DNA of 64,000 bases from an uncultured Clostridia bacterium (GTDB taxonomy: Bacteria; Bacillota; Clostridia; Oscillospirales; Oscillospiraceae). Position numbers and translations under genes: made by a program. The notes beneath the pieces are model-generated. The model was not told the origin of the DNA. It saw only the letters and a program-made list of their open reading frames with translations, and made no database searches. Below, piece after piece: positions 54,596-64,000 of this stretch; within the stretch, counting starts at the first letter, position 1; each line of letters begins with the position of its first letter. The stretch lies in assembly GCA_937893605.1 (NCBI GenBank), contig CALBGG010000139.1, positions 660 through 64,659 on the forward strand. Reading direction: 5' to 3'.

Positions 54596-56985
54596 ATGCC
54601 CTCCGCATACTCTTTTATCGCGCGGTCGGCGGCGAATATGCCGGCCTCGGCAGTGTTTGTGATAGACAGTCTCGCACGCTCTGCCGGGTCGGATATTACC
54701 GAGTACATTCTGTCGTGTGTATTGACGTAATCGCGGTAGTCGGCGCAGAGCATATACGGGTCGCCGTTATACAGCAGTCCCGACACGAGGTCGGAGTAGC
54801 TCTTGCCGTCGGCAAAGCCGCGGCTTATCCTGTCGAGCACCGCGCCGAGCTCGGCATCCTCGCGCGCATAGCGCTGCGGATCATAGCCCGAGGCCTTGAG
54901 TGCGGTGACCTCATCGGCCTTCAGGCCGAACAGGAACATGTTCTTATCGCCGAGGCGCTCGTACATCTCGACGTTCGCGCCGTCGAGCGTGCCGATGGTG
55001 ACGGCTCCGTTGAGCATGAGCTTCATGTTGCCAGTGCCGGAGGCCTCCTTGCCGGCTGTGGATATCTGCTCGGAAACCTGCGCTGCAGGCATGAGCGCTT
55101 CGGCCGTAGATACACGGTAGTTTTCCGTGAAGCAGACCTGGAGCTTTCCCTTGCACAGCGGATCGCGGTCTATATCTTCAGCCAGCGAACAGATGAGCTC
55201 GATGATACGCTTTGCGGTGTGGTATCCTGCGGCGGCCTTGGCGCCGAACACGAAGCTGCGCGGCGTGAATTCGGCGTTGGGGTCTTCATGTATCTGCATT
55301 TGCAGGCGCGTTATGAGCATCGCGCACAGAAGCTGGCGCTTATACTCGTGCAGGCGCTTTACCTGAACGTCGAGTATCGCGTCGGGGTCAAGGGCAAAAC
55401 CGTCGTTTTTGGACAAAAATCTCGCAAAATCGTATTTATTGAGGCGCTTTATCTCGTTTACGCGGTGCTGCACCTCGCTTCTTCCGGCGTAATCCAAAAG
55501 TCCGATGAGCTTCTCGGGCTCGGTGAGGTACTCATCGCCCTCCAAAAGCTCGCTCACGAGACCGTGCAGACGCGGATTTGCCTGGGCGAGCCAGCGGCGA
55601 TGGTCGATGCCGTTTGTGACGTAGGTGAATCTCTCAGGGCGGAGCTGGCAGATATCCTTAAAGAGGTCTTTTTTCAGTATCTCCCCGTGCAGGCCGGAAA
55701 CGCCGTTTATCTTATAGCAGGCCGCAAGGCAGAGGTTTGCCATGTGCACCTGTCCGTCGCGGATGATGAGGTTTTTGCCGACCTTTTCGCTGTTGCCGAA
55801 GTTTGATACCAGATACTCGCACCAGCGGCGGTTTATCTCGCAAAGTATCTCCCATACTCGCGGCAGGAGCGTCTGCACGAGATCCTGCGGCCATTTTTCC
55901 AGTGCCTCGCTCATGACGGTATGGTTCGTATAAGCGACAGAACCGCTCACCTGCTGCCAGGCCTCGTCCCAGCCGAGGCCGTACTCATCCATCATGATGC
56001 GCATGAGCTCGGGGATAACGAGAGCCGGGTGCGTGTCGTTTATCTGTATGGCGTGATGCTTTGAAAAGCTTCTTATGTCGTTAAAGCGCCGCATGTGGGT
56101 CTTTATGATCGACTGCGCCGTCGCCGAGAGGAAGAAATACTGCTGCTTAAGGCGCAGCGTCTTGCCCTCTATGTGATCGTCGGCCGGGTACAGCACCTTC
56201 GTTATGACCTCGCTCATAGTACGCTGCTCAAGACTTTTTACATACTCGCCCTCGGAGAAGAGGTACATATCCAGCGCGCTCGTGCTCCTTGCGTCCCACA
56301 GGCGGAGGATGTTGACCTCGTTGCCGCCGTAGCCGGCGATGAGCATGTCGCGCGGAACGGCAGTGACGGTCTGATATCCGGTGTGCTCGGCATGGTATCT
56401 TCCGAAGCTGTCCCAGCGCGGAGATATCGTTCCGCCGAAGCGCACCTCGACAGCCTCGTCGTTGTGCGCAACCAGCCAGCTTTCGGCCGCGCTGCGCCAG
56501 TCGTCGGCGACCTCGGTCTGCTTGCCGTCAACTATCTTCTGACGGAAGATGCCGAGCTCATAGCACAGCGAATAGCCCGTTGCGGGTATGCCGAGTGTTG
56601 CCAGCGAGTCCATATAGCACGCGGCAAGTCTGCCCAGGCCGCCGTTGCCGAGACCGGCGTCGTTTTCCGCCTCAAATATATCCGAGGCATTGCGGCCGAG
56701 ATCGGTCAGAGCTCCCGTGAGTGCGTCGGCTATGCCGAGGTTGAATGCGTTTTTCATTAGGCTGCGCCCCATGAGGAATTCCATGGACAGATAGTGCACC
56801 TCGCGGTCGGGGCATCTTGCCTCCTCGACGGCGAGCAGTCTGCTCATTATCTCGCGGATGACGATGGCGCTTGCCTGAAACACCTGATCGTCGGTCGCGG
56901 TTTGTGCTGTAACGGCGAAGTGCGCGCAGAGCTTATCCTCTATTGCGCTGCGCACCTCGTCGCGTGAGATCTGGCTTGTGAACAT
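54577..56985 (-). CDS. glgP: glycogen/maltodextrin phosphorylase
   Basis: PLP-lysine motif EASGTGNMKLMLNGA. GLGNGGLGRLAAC. The product is 802 aa. Confidence 0.93.
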   Translation of the reverse strand: MFTSQISRDEVRSAIEDKLCAHFAVTAQTATDDQVFQASAIVIREIMSRLLAVEEARCPDREVHYLSMEFLMGRSLMKNAFNLGIADALTGALTDLGRNASDIFEAENDAGLGNGGLGRLAACYMDSLATLGIPATGYSLCYELGIFRQKIVDGKQTEVADDWRSAAESWLVAHNDEAVEVRFGGTISPRWDSFGRYHAEHTGYQTVTAVPRDMLIAGYGGNEVNILRLWDARSTSALDMYLFSEGEYVKSLEQRTMSEVITKVLYPADDHIEGKTLRLKQQYFFLSATAQSIIKTHMRRFNDIRSFSKHHAIQINDTHPALVIPELMRIMMDEYGLGWDEAWQQVSGSVAYTNHTVMSEALEKWPQDLVQTLLPRVWEILCEINRRWCEYLVSNFGNSEKVGKNLIIRDGQVHMANLCLAACYKINGVSGLHGEILKKDLFKDICQLRPERFTYVTNGIDHRRWLAQANPRLHGLVSELLEGDEYLTEPEKLIGLLDYAGRSEVQHRVNEIKRLNKYDFARFLSKNDGFALDPDAILDVQVKRLHEYKRQLLCAMLITRLQMQIHEDPNAEFTPRSFVFGAKAAAGYHTAKRIIELICSLAEDIDRDPLCKGKLQVCFTENYRVSTAEALMPAAQVSEQISTAGKEASGTGNMKLMLNGAVTIGTLDGANVEMYERLGDKNMFLFGLKADEVTALKASGYDPQRYAREDAELGAVLDRISRGFADGKSYSDLVSGLLYNGDPYMLCADYRDYVNTHDRMYSVISDPAERARLSITNTAEAGIFAADRAIKEYAEGIWGIRL

Positions 56986-57001
56986 AGTTTAGCTTAACTC
57001 C

Positions 57002-58114
57002 TTAGATCTTTGTGCCCTTCGGGAGCACTACCGGCAGCTTCTCGCTGCCCATGATGGTTTGAAAGGATGACACTCTCGACTGCTTGTCGGCAATGACGTT
57101 TTTCATTATGACGCCCTCTCCGACCTCCGTTCCGCGCATGATGACGCAGCCGGAAAGCTTCGCGCCATTGCGTATGCGAACATCGGACGATATGATGCAG
57201 TTTTCTATCTCGCCCTCTATTATGCAGCCGTCGGCGACAAGGCAGTTATGCGCGCCCGAGCTCTCGGCGTAATATGTGCTGACATCCTCGTGCGTTTTCG
57301 TGCGCACGGGGCGATCCGCCGGAAACAGCTCCGTGCGGTTTGCCGCCGAGAGCATATCCATATTGGCATCGAAGAACGCCTCGGTGCTCATAATGCGCCT
57401 GCCGTAGCCGCGGTGGAAATAGACGTTCACCCTTCCGCCGCTTGCGAGATAATCCGCTATCGCGTCACGGTGAAAATGGTAGCGGTTTGCCGCAGCGCAG
57501 GAGCTCATCATGTCAAGCAGCAGCTGCTTTGATATTATATACGCTTCGAGCGACGCCGCGCCCTCTCCCGCCGCAGTCTGATTGAAGATCATCCGGCGCG
57601 CAAAGCCGTCGGGATCGACGATGTAGCGATGGTGTCTGTAGTCGGGCGTTTGGTCGGTGCAGATCGCAGTTATCTCCGCGCCGGAGGCGAGATGCTCGCA
57701 TATAGCTTCCCGCAGGTCGATATTTGCCGCAGTGTTTCCGTGCATCATAACTATGTATTTTGCGCTTATATCGTTTATATAGGTCGACACGGCGTTAAGT
57801 GCCTCTATCGTACCGTTATAATCACCCTGGTGATACTCCGGCAGGCCGAACGGCGGCAGCATGCGAAGTCCGCCTATTCTGCGCCCCATATCCCAGTCTT
57901 TGCCGCTGGCAAGATGGTCCAATAGCGACTGATAGTCGCGGCGCATGATAACGCCGACATCGTGTATGCCCGCGTTCATGAAAGACGACAGCGCAAAGTC
58001 TATCAGTCTGTATCTTCCGCAGAACGGAAGTGAGGATGCCGTGCGGTGGCGAACAAGCTCACCCAGCTCGGGAACCGCGCCGTAAGCAAAGATTATTCCG
58101 TGAAAATCACTCAT
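57002..58114 (-). CDS. glgD: glucose-1-phosphate adenylyltransferase, GlgD (regulatory) subunit
   Basis: Paralog of GlgC that lacks the GGxGxRL loop (IIFAYGAVPELGELV...SLPFCGRYRLIDFALSS). It has a C-terminal left-handed beta-helix. The ATG at 58114 lies 2 nt after the glgC stop. Confidence 0.85.
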   Translation of the reverse strand: MSDFHGIIFAYGAVPELGELVRHRTASSLPFCGRYRLIDFALSSFMNAGIHDVGVIMRRDYQSLLDHLASGKDWDMGRRIGGLRMLPPFGLPEYHQGDYNGTIEALNAVSTYINDISAKYIVMMHGNTAANIDLREAICEHLASGAEITAICTDQTPDYRHHRYIVDPDGFARRMIFNQTAAGEGAASLEAYIISKQLLLDMMSSCAAANRYHFHRDAIADYLASGGRVNVYFHRGYGRRIMSTEAFFDANMDMLSAANRTELFPADRPVRTKTHEDVSTYYAESSGAHNCLVADGCIIEGEIENCIISSDVRIRNGAKLSGCVIMRGTEVGEGVIMKNVIADKQSRVSSFQTIMGSEKLPVVLPKGTKI

Positions 58115-58116
58115 TT

Positions 58117-59310
58117 TCAGACCTCCTCGCTTTTGTATATCATTGCGCCGGGCTTGACGCAGGCGTTTTCTCTTATGTCTATTCTCGGGCCGCATGTCGC
58201 AACGCCCCAGCTGTTGCTTCCGTCGGGCGGAGCGCCGACATGCGCGCCGCCGTGTATTACCGTCTGCTCTCCGATGATGGCGTATTCCACCGTTGCTCCG
58301 GCCTCTACCTTGGCGCCGGGCATGAGCACCGAATAGAGCACCCTTGCGCCCTTTTCGACGACCGCCGACGACGAGAGAACGGAGTTTTCAACATGTCCCT
58401 CTATCTCGCAGCCCTCGGTGACGATCGAGTGTACGACAGTTGCGTCGGAGCCGACATAGTGCGGCGGCTGCGCCACACTTCTCGAGCGTATCGGCCAGCT
58501 CGGATCATAGAGATTTATAAGCGTTGTGGACAGCATGTCCATGTTCGCATCCCACAGGCTCGTTATCGTGCCGACGTCGCGCCAGTAGCCGTCAAAGCGA
58601 TACGGCCAGAGCTTTTCGCCGGCTCTCAGCATGTTGGGGATTATATTCTTGCCGAAGTCCTTGCTCGAAGTCGGGTCATTCTCATCCTCGATCAGGTACT
58701 TGCGGAGCTTTTTCCAATTAAATATGTATATGCCCATGGAGGCAAGATCGCTCTTGGGCTTTTTGGGCTTTTCCTCAAACTGCTCGACATAGCCGTCGGC
58801 GCCGAGGTTCATGATGCCGAAGCGCGTGGCCTCCTCCATGGAGACCTGCAAAACGGCTATCGTGCAGGCCGCCTCCTTTTCGATGTGCTCGCGCAGCATT
58901 TTCGAGTAGTCCATTTTATAGATATGGTCGCCCGAAAGGATGAGCACATTATCGGGATCGTACATCTCGATAAAGCCGATATTCTGATAAATGGCGTTTG
59001 CTGTTCCGGAGAACCAGGAGCCTGTCTCCCCCGCTGTCTGGTACGGCGGAAGAATGAACACTCCGCCGTCGGTGGAATCGAGATCCCAGGGCTGGCCGCC
59101 TCCTATGTAGCTGTTGAGCTGCAGCGGACGGTACTGCGTGAGCACGCCCACCGTGTCTATACCCGAATTTGCGCAGTTTGACAGAGGGAAGTCTATTATG
59201 CGGTATTTCCCGCCGAAGGGCATGTTGGGCTTAGCCACGTCCTGGGTCAATGCGTAAAGCCTGGAGCCCTGGCCTCCTGCAAGGAGCATTGCTATGCAGC
59301 TTTTCTTCAT
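58117..59310 (-). CDS. glgC: glucose-1-phosphate adenylyltransferase
   Basis: [16 protein letters not shown]...[20 protein letters not shown]. Confidence 0.93.
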   Translation of the reverse strand: MKKSCIAMLLAGGQGSRLYALTQDVAKPNMPFGGKYRIIDFPLSNCANSGIDTVGVLTQYRPLQLNSYIGGGQPWDLDSTDGGVFILPPYQTAGETGSWFSGTANAIYQNIGFIEMYDPDNVLILSGDHIYKMDYSKMLREHIEKEAACTIAVLQVSMEEATRFGIMNLGADGYVEQFEEKPKKPKSDLASMGIYIFNWKKLRKYLIEDENDPTSSKDFGKNIIPNMLRAGEKLWPYRFDGYWRDVGTITSLWDANMDMLSTTLINLYDPSWPIRSRSVAQPPHYVGSDATVVHSIVTEGCEIEGHVENSVLSSSAVVEKGARVLYSVLMPGAKVEAGATVEYAIIGEQTVIHGGAHVGAPPDGSNSWGVATCGPRIDIRENACVKPGAMIYKSEEV

Positions 59311-59395
59311 GTCGTCCGTCCTTTCTGACTTTCATTTAATTAAATGACGGCAAAGTGCCCGAGCCCCATGCCGTCATCGCATAGGGGATGATTTA

Positions 59396-59989
59396 TTAGC
59401 CCCTTGTGTTGAATTTGTTCATCGCCTTGTCCGCGCCCTCTGTTATATAGCACTCGACGGCGTCGGCGGCTTTTTTTGCAGCGGCTTCCATGTCCGCCGC
59501 ATCCTGTCCCTTGAATGCTGCAAGCACCCAGTCGGCCATGTCATAATCCGGGTGCGGCGGAGCGCCGACGCCCAGACGGATGCGCGGAAACCGGTCCGTT
59601 CCGAGCTGAGCTATAATGCTTTTAAGCCCGTTATGTCCCCCGGCGGAGCCGCCGCGGCGTATGCGTATCTTGCCTATCGGCAGAGCCGTTTCGTCGGACA
59701 CGACTATGATGCGCTCGGGAGGCACCTTATAAAACCTCGCCGCCTGAGCTATCGCGTCGCCGGACAGGTTCATATAGGTCTGCGGCTTCATCAGCAGCAC
59801 CTTGTGCGAGTCGATATCGACCGTCTGCGTAAGCGCCTTGAAGCGCATTTTGTTTATGGTGACGCCAAGCTTTCTTTCCATGGCGTCGGCCGTCATGAAG
59901 CCTGCGTTATGCCTTGTTCCGTTGTATTTAAGTCCGGGGTTTCCGAGGAATGCGACGATCCACTCCGCCCCACCTTTGGAAAAAAACAT
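59396..59989 (-). CDS. pth: peptidyl-tRNA hydrolase
   Basis: LGNPGLKYNGTRHNAGF and GGHNGLKSI. Confidence 0.9.
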   Translation of the reverse strand: MFFSKGGAEWIVAFLGNPGLKYNGTRHNAGFMTADAMERKLGVTINKMRFKALTQTVDIDSHKVLLMKPQTYMNLSGDAIAQAARFYKVPPERIIVVSDETALPIGKIRIRRGGSAGGHNGLKSIIAQLGTDRFPRIRLGVGAPPHPDYDMADWVLAAFKGQDAADMEAAAKKAADAVECYITEGADKAMNKFNTRG

Positions 59990-59991
59990 TT

Positions 59992-60954
59992 TTACTCAAA
60001 CAGATTGGAGATGGATATCTCCTCGTAAACGCGCTGGATAGCCTCGGCAAATACCGGAGCTACGGACATGTACTTGATCTTCTCGCAGGGCTGTGCATTT
60101 TCGGGATACGGGATGGTGTCGAGCAGCAGCAGCTCCTTGATGCAGCTGTTGTCGATACGCTCGATCGCAGGGCCGGAGAGCACGCCGTGGCTTGCGCATG
60201 CGTAAACCTCCTTCGCTCCGCCGATCTCAAAGATAGCCTTTGCCGCGCCGACAAGAGAGCCTGCGGTGTCGACCATATCGTCAAGCAGGATGCAGGTCTT
60301 GCCCTCGACGTTGCCGATGATGTTCATGACCTCGGACTGATTCGCCTTCTCGCGGCGCTTATCGACGATGGCCATATTGCAGCCGAGCTTCATGGAGAAG
60401 TTGCGGGCGCGGGCGGTGCTGCCGACGTCGGGAGATACGACCATTATATCGTCATTATCCTTGCCGAAAACGTCGATGTAATGCTTTGCAAAGAGAGGAG
60501 CGCCGAAAAGATTGTCAACGGGGATATCGAAAAATCCCTGGATCTGAGCGGCGTGGAGATCCATGGTCAGGACGCGGTCGGCGCCTGCGGCGGTGATGAG
60601 GTTTGCAACGAGCTTTGCGGAGATGGGGTCGCGGCTTTTTGCCTTGCGGTCCTGGCGGGCATAGCCGAAATACGGGATAACGGCGGTTATTCTGCCTGCG
60701 GATGCTCTGCGCATGGCGTCGATCATGACGAGCAGCTCCATAAGGTTGTCGTTAACGGGCTTGCAGGTCGACTGAACGATGAAAACGTCGGCGCCGCGCA
60801 CCGGCTCGTGAACGGATATCGAGCACTCGCCGTCAGCGAAATTTGAGCAGGTGCAGTCGCCGAGGTTCTTGAAAAGCTGGTTGCATATCTGATTTGCGAG
60901 CTTGTGATTTGAGTTGCCGGAGAATACCTTGATCTCTTTGCCGTGGGAAATCAT
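59992..60954 (-). CDS. prs: ribose-phosphate pyrophosphokinase
   Basis: IKVFSGNSN, YFGYARQDRK, DLHAAQIQGFF, ILLDDMVDTAGSL. Confidence 0.95.
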   Translation of the reverse strand: MISHGKEIKVFSGNSNHKLANQICNQLFKNLGDCTCSNFADGECSISVHEPVRGADVFIVQSTCKPVNDNLMELLVMIDAMRRASAGRITAVIPYFGYARQDRKAKSRDPISAKLVANLITAAGADRVLTMDLHAAQIQGFFDIPVDNLFGAPLFAKHYIDVFGKDNDDIMVVSPDVGSTARARNFSMKLGCNMAIVDKRREKANQSEVMNIIGNVEGKTCILLDDMVDTAGSLVGAAKAIFEIGGAKEVYACASHGVLSGPAIERIDNSCIKELLLLDTIPYPENAQPCEKIKYMSVAPVFAEAIQRVYEEISISNLFE

Positions 60955-61264
60955 TTTAAATCGTCCTCTCTGTATTTATTCGTGGTCTTACCCATTATCT
61001 TTATCCATTGAATTATACCAAATGCACCGTCATTTGAAAAGAGGCTTTAATAAACAATTTTGTAACCGGATTGACCCCTTTTCTGTATAAAAGGGCGAGT
61101 AAGCTCATCGAAGCCGGCCGGTCCGTCTTATCGGCGCCTTAAAATGCGTAATTCGCAATACTCCCGGAAATCAGGCAAAGCTCAAGAGCCTATTATCGGC
61201 CGCCGAAGCGAGAGGCGGCGCGTATTTTTCGGGCCGCAGGGCTTCCGATATTTTTATCAGCAGC

Positions 61265-61301
61265 AAAGCCGCCCGTGAGGCCTATTCACGGGCGGTTTTT
61301 C
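61265..61301 (+). terminator. orphan rho-independent terminator with no annotated upstream gene
   Basis: CCGCCCGTG-loop-CACGGGCGG followed by TTTTT. A second terminator-like hairpin, GCCGCC...GGCGGC followed by GCGTATTTTT, lies at 61199-61229. Confidence 0.6.
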
Positions 61302-61460
61302 CTGTAAATGATTTTTACACTTGCATAATATATGTATATATGTTAATATAGACATAGACAGGACGAAACATTATAACCAATATATGCGCCGTTGGGTGAT
61401 ATGCACTTGAATTTCAGGTGTTTAAACGCTTTTCGGCGAACGATGGGCAAGGAGGCTTAT

Positions 61461-62297
61461 ATGAGAAGCTGCATCAGAGCCGAAATGTATAAGGCGTTTC
61501 ACAACAAGGCCTTTTTCGTTTCGCTCGCGATCGGTTTGACTATGGCGGCGGCGGATATAGTGCAGAATTTTATAGATATGCAAGGTTTTCCCGGTCCCGC
61601 ACTTTCACCCGGCGGCTATGACGGGATGAGCCTGTTTGTGAACTGGATAGGCCTTAATGCCTACACGCTGGGGTATAAGCTGCTTTTATTCACATGGCCG
61701 CTGCTGGCGGCTCTTCCGTTCGGATGGTCGCTTTTTTCGGAAAACAAAAGCCGGTATTCAAACCAGATAATTGCCCGCGTGGGAAAAAGCAGCTATCTGC
61801 TTGCAAAGGCGGCAGCCAACTTCGTTGCCGGAGGCTCTGTCCTTTTCATCACCGTTGCGGCGGATCTGCTGCTCAATGCCCTTGTGTGCCCCGACTGTCT
61901 GCCGGATGTCACTCTCCATGTCACGGCGATAACGAGCGGATATTTCCTTTCGGAGATGTATTATACCCAGCCGTGGCTGTTCTGTGCGATATGGAGCGGA
62001 GTCATTTTCCTTTGGGGCGGCGTCACGGCAACTGTCTGCCTTGCGGCAGCGCAGATATTCAAGCACGCGGCCGTTGTGGTGATATTCCCGTATGTGCTCT
62101 ATCTTGTCTGGACGTTCGCGGTAAGCTTCATATCCGGCCTTACGGAGGTCACGGTGGAGCTTTCGCCGATATCACTGTTTTCCGCGGCGCCGTATTCGGC
62201 CAACCCCGCTTACGTCATCTTTACGGAGATGGCGGTCATAATGCTTGTGAGCATGGCGGTGCTGTTCATTTGCGAGAAAAAACATGAAAATATTTAA
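61461..62297 (+). CDS. ABC-2-type permease (lantibiotic-immunity MutE/EpiE-like)
   Basis: Six-helix membrane protein starting MRSCIRAEMYKAFHNKAFF. The ATG at 61461 follows AAGGAGG. Confidence 0.7.
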   Translation: MRSCIRAEMYKAFHNKAFFVSLAIGLTMAAADIVQNFIDMQGFPGPALSPGGYDGMSLFVNWIGLNAYTLGYKLLLFTWPLLAALPFGWSLFSENKSRYSNQIIARVGKSSYLLAKAAANFVAGGSVLFITVAADLLLNALVCPDCLPDVTLHVTAITSGYFLSEMYYTQPWLFCAIWSGVIFLWGGVTATVCLAAAQIFKHAAVVVIFPYVLYLVWTFAVSFISGLTEVTVELSPISLFSAAPYSANPAYVIFTEMAVIMLVSMAVLFICEKKHENI

Positions 62298-63111
62298 CTG
62301 TGTCAAGGGCGACATGGCGACGAGCTTCAGCCGGAGATCGCTCATTGCAATTACGGCGCTTGCCGTTATAATGCTGATACCGATCTGCGGCAACATAAGC
62401 ATGCTCGAAAAAAGCGGCACTCTCGGCAGCAGCAGCATCGGAGAATATATCCTTCTTCTTTTCATGGGAGCGGCTCCCTTTGACATCTCGTCCAGATATT
62501 TTCCGTTCCCCATAACGTGGATCATGGCATGCTCGGTGCTTCTGCTCGTGAACGTCAATTATACGGATAATATTTTTTCCGTTTTCGGAAGTCAGTTCAC
62601 CGTCAGGAGCAAAAGCCGAAAAAGGCTCTGGGGCATAAAATTTATTTCGCTCGTGCTCGGCTGCATAGCTCAGCTTGCTGTCTTTTATCTTGCCGCCGCA
62701 GTATTCTCTGCCATATTGGGGGCGGAGCTCACGCTTCACGTCAGCGCGGATTTTGCGGATATATTCTTTTACGATAACGATCCTGCGGCTCTCGCCTCGC
62801 TGTCAGGCGGCGGCTGGGCTCTCATAATGCTCATGCCGGCGCTTACGCTGCTGACATGCAATGTCGTTCAGTCCGTTCTGCGGCTGTTTGTCAGGCCGGC
62901 CGTCAGCTTCACAGCCGTCATGTGCCTGCTTCTTGTGTCGCTGTATTTCTTCTCGCCGCTGCTGATCGGAAGCTTTGCAATGTTTTCTCGCATCGCACCG
63001 CTGCTGGCGGACGGACTGACGCTGCGGCAGGCACTCATATCAAACGGAGCGGTGATAGCTGTCTGCTATGCCGTCGGAGCTGTGAGAATGTCAAGAACGG
63101 ACTTCATCTGA
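62284..63111 (+). CDS. ABC-2-type permease, second subunit
   Basis: Polytopic 275-aa ORF that overlaps the previous gene by 14 nt. Confidence 0.65.
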   Translation: MKIFNCVKGDMATSFSRRSLIAITALAVIMLIPICGNISMLEKSGTLGSSSIGEYILLLFMGAAPFDISSRYFPFPITWIMACSVLLLVNVNYTDNIFSVFGSQFTVRSKSRKRLWGIKFISLVLGCIAQLAVFYLAAAVFSAILGAELTLHVSADFADIFFYDNDPAALASLSGGGWALIMLMPALTLLTCNVVQSVLRLFVRPAVSFTAVMCLLLVSLYFFSPLLIGSFAMFSRIAPLLADGLTLRQALISNGAVIAVCYAVGAVRMSRTDFI

Positions 63112-63121
63112 GGAGAAACGA

Positions 63122-63769
63122 ATGAAAATCACACTTAACAATGTTTGCAAAAGCATACAGGGCGCGCAGATATTGAAGGACATAAGCCTTGAATTTGAAA
63201 GCGCCCACATCTACGGCCTGTACGGAGCAAACGGTTCAGGCAAGACAATGCTCATGCGTGCAATTACCGGGCTTATGAAGATAGACGGCGGGCATGTTAT
63301 CATTGACGGCAGGGAGATCGGAAAGGATCAGGATTTCCCCGATTCTCTCGGCTTTATAATCGAAAATCCCGACTTTCTGAATACGTACACCGGATTTGAA
63401 AATCTGAAGCTCATCGCGGAGCTCAAGCGTATAGCCGACGATAAGGCGATCAGCGACGTGCTTGAGAGAGTCGGGCTTGACCCGAAGGATAAGAGGAAAT
63501 TCAAAAAATATTCTCTCGGCATGAAGCAGCGCCTTGGCATAGCGGCCGCGATAATGGAAAAGCCGGAGCTCATCGTGCTCGACGAGCCGACGAATGCGCT
63601 GGATGAGGATGCAGTCGAGCTGCTTATAAACATTCTTGAAGAGGAAAAGTCTCGCGGTGCACTTATCATACTCGCCTGCCACGACTTCGAGTTTATGAGT
63701 AAAGTCGCCGATGAGATATTCTATCTAAAGAGCGGCAGACTGTGTAAGGAGCGAGCCGATGAAAAATAA
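63122..63769 (+). CDS. ABC transporter ATP-binding protein
   Basis: Walker A GANGSGKT, signature YSLGMKQR, Walker B LIVLDEPTNALD. Confidence 0.9.
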   Translation: MKITLNNVCKSIQGAQILKDISLEFESAHIYGLYGANGSGKTMLMRAITGLMKIDGGHVIIDGREIGKDQDFPDSLGFIIENPDFLNTYTGFENLKLIAELKRIADDKAISDVLERVGLDPKDKRKFKKYSLGMKQRLGIAAAIMEKPELIVLDEPTNALDEDAVELLINILEEEKSRGALIILACHDFEFMSKVADEIFYLKSGRLCKERADEK

Positions 63770-64000
63770 AAAGCTTGTTTTTATCATCTGCGGTATGGTC
63801 ATTTTATGCGCCCTGTGGGGCGTAAGATATCACTCGCTAAACTCTCATTTTCGGGAAATGTACTCGCAAAACACCAGGGAAGAGTACAGTCTTAACGAGC
63901 TCGTTGAGTTTGGCGAAAATAAGGACCGCAACGGCTTCGCCTATCCCGGGTACAGCGTTGCCGTACAAAACTTCGAGATATACGACCGAGCCGACTTCGA
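63759..64000 (+). CDS. membrane-anchored hypothetical protein, 5' partial at the window end
   Basis: The ATG at 63759 overlaps the ATPase gene by 11 nt. The product starts MKNKKLVFIICGMVILCALWGV..., and the frame is open to position 64000. Confidence 0.5.
   Translation, partial: MKNKKLVFIICGMVILCALWGVRYHSLNSHFREMYSQNTREEYSLNELVEFGENKDRNGFAYPGYSVAVQNFEIYDRADF

Noticed and set aside
61144-61278. A 44-codon ORF (MRNSQYSRKSGKAQEP...) spanning the two orphan terminators.
   Set aside because: It has no RBS, it reads straight through terminator stems, and it gives a highly basic, low-complexity product.

Overview
The window is a chromosomal segment from a fairly GC-rich, spore-forming Firmicute. 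It looks Clostridia-like, based on spoVT, ylmC/ymxH, a CIRCE operator ahead of groESL, glgC-glgD and a sigma-54 gene. I support about 60 protein genes. I found no rRNA, tRNA, CRISPR array, IS or prophage. Housekeeping blocks are nadE, spoVT, a response regulator/histidine kinase/HtrA stress module, cstA, groES-groEL, tsf-rpsB, ylmC, a ParB/Noc-like gene, glgC-glgD-glgP, pth and prs. There are three accessory regions. (1) 3.8-11.6 kb holds a TetR-paired 922-aa Fe-S flavoprotein, an orphan hypA-hypB nickel-chaperone pair, and a 2-hydroxyacyl-CoA-dehydratase-like heteromer with no activase. (2) 25.2-28.2 kb holds a VTC / DUF4956 / Cthe_2159-like lipoprotein trio. (3) 28.5-50.5 kb is the most interesting block, a sigma-54-centred island for CoA-thioester metabolism. 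It has two AcoR-type enhancer-binding-protein (bEBP) paralogs, one lacking the GAFTGA loop. It has an acyl-CoA dehydrogenase with a bifurcating-type EtfBA. It has a nine-gene minus-strand operon behind a textbook -24/-12 promoter: an OYE/FadH-type reductase, an AMP-ligase, a DASS anion transporter, an enoyl-CoA hydratase, a second acyl-CoA dehydrogenase and four family-III CoA-transferases. It also has rpoN abutting a CaiE/PaaY-like gene. The gene content overlaps the cai/fix, car, bai and bbu systems but matches none of them, so the substrate cannot be read from the sequence. All calls come from reading the translations and DNA motifs by eye. No database search was run.
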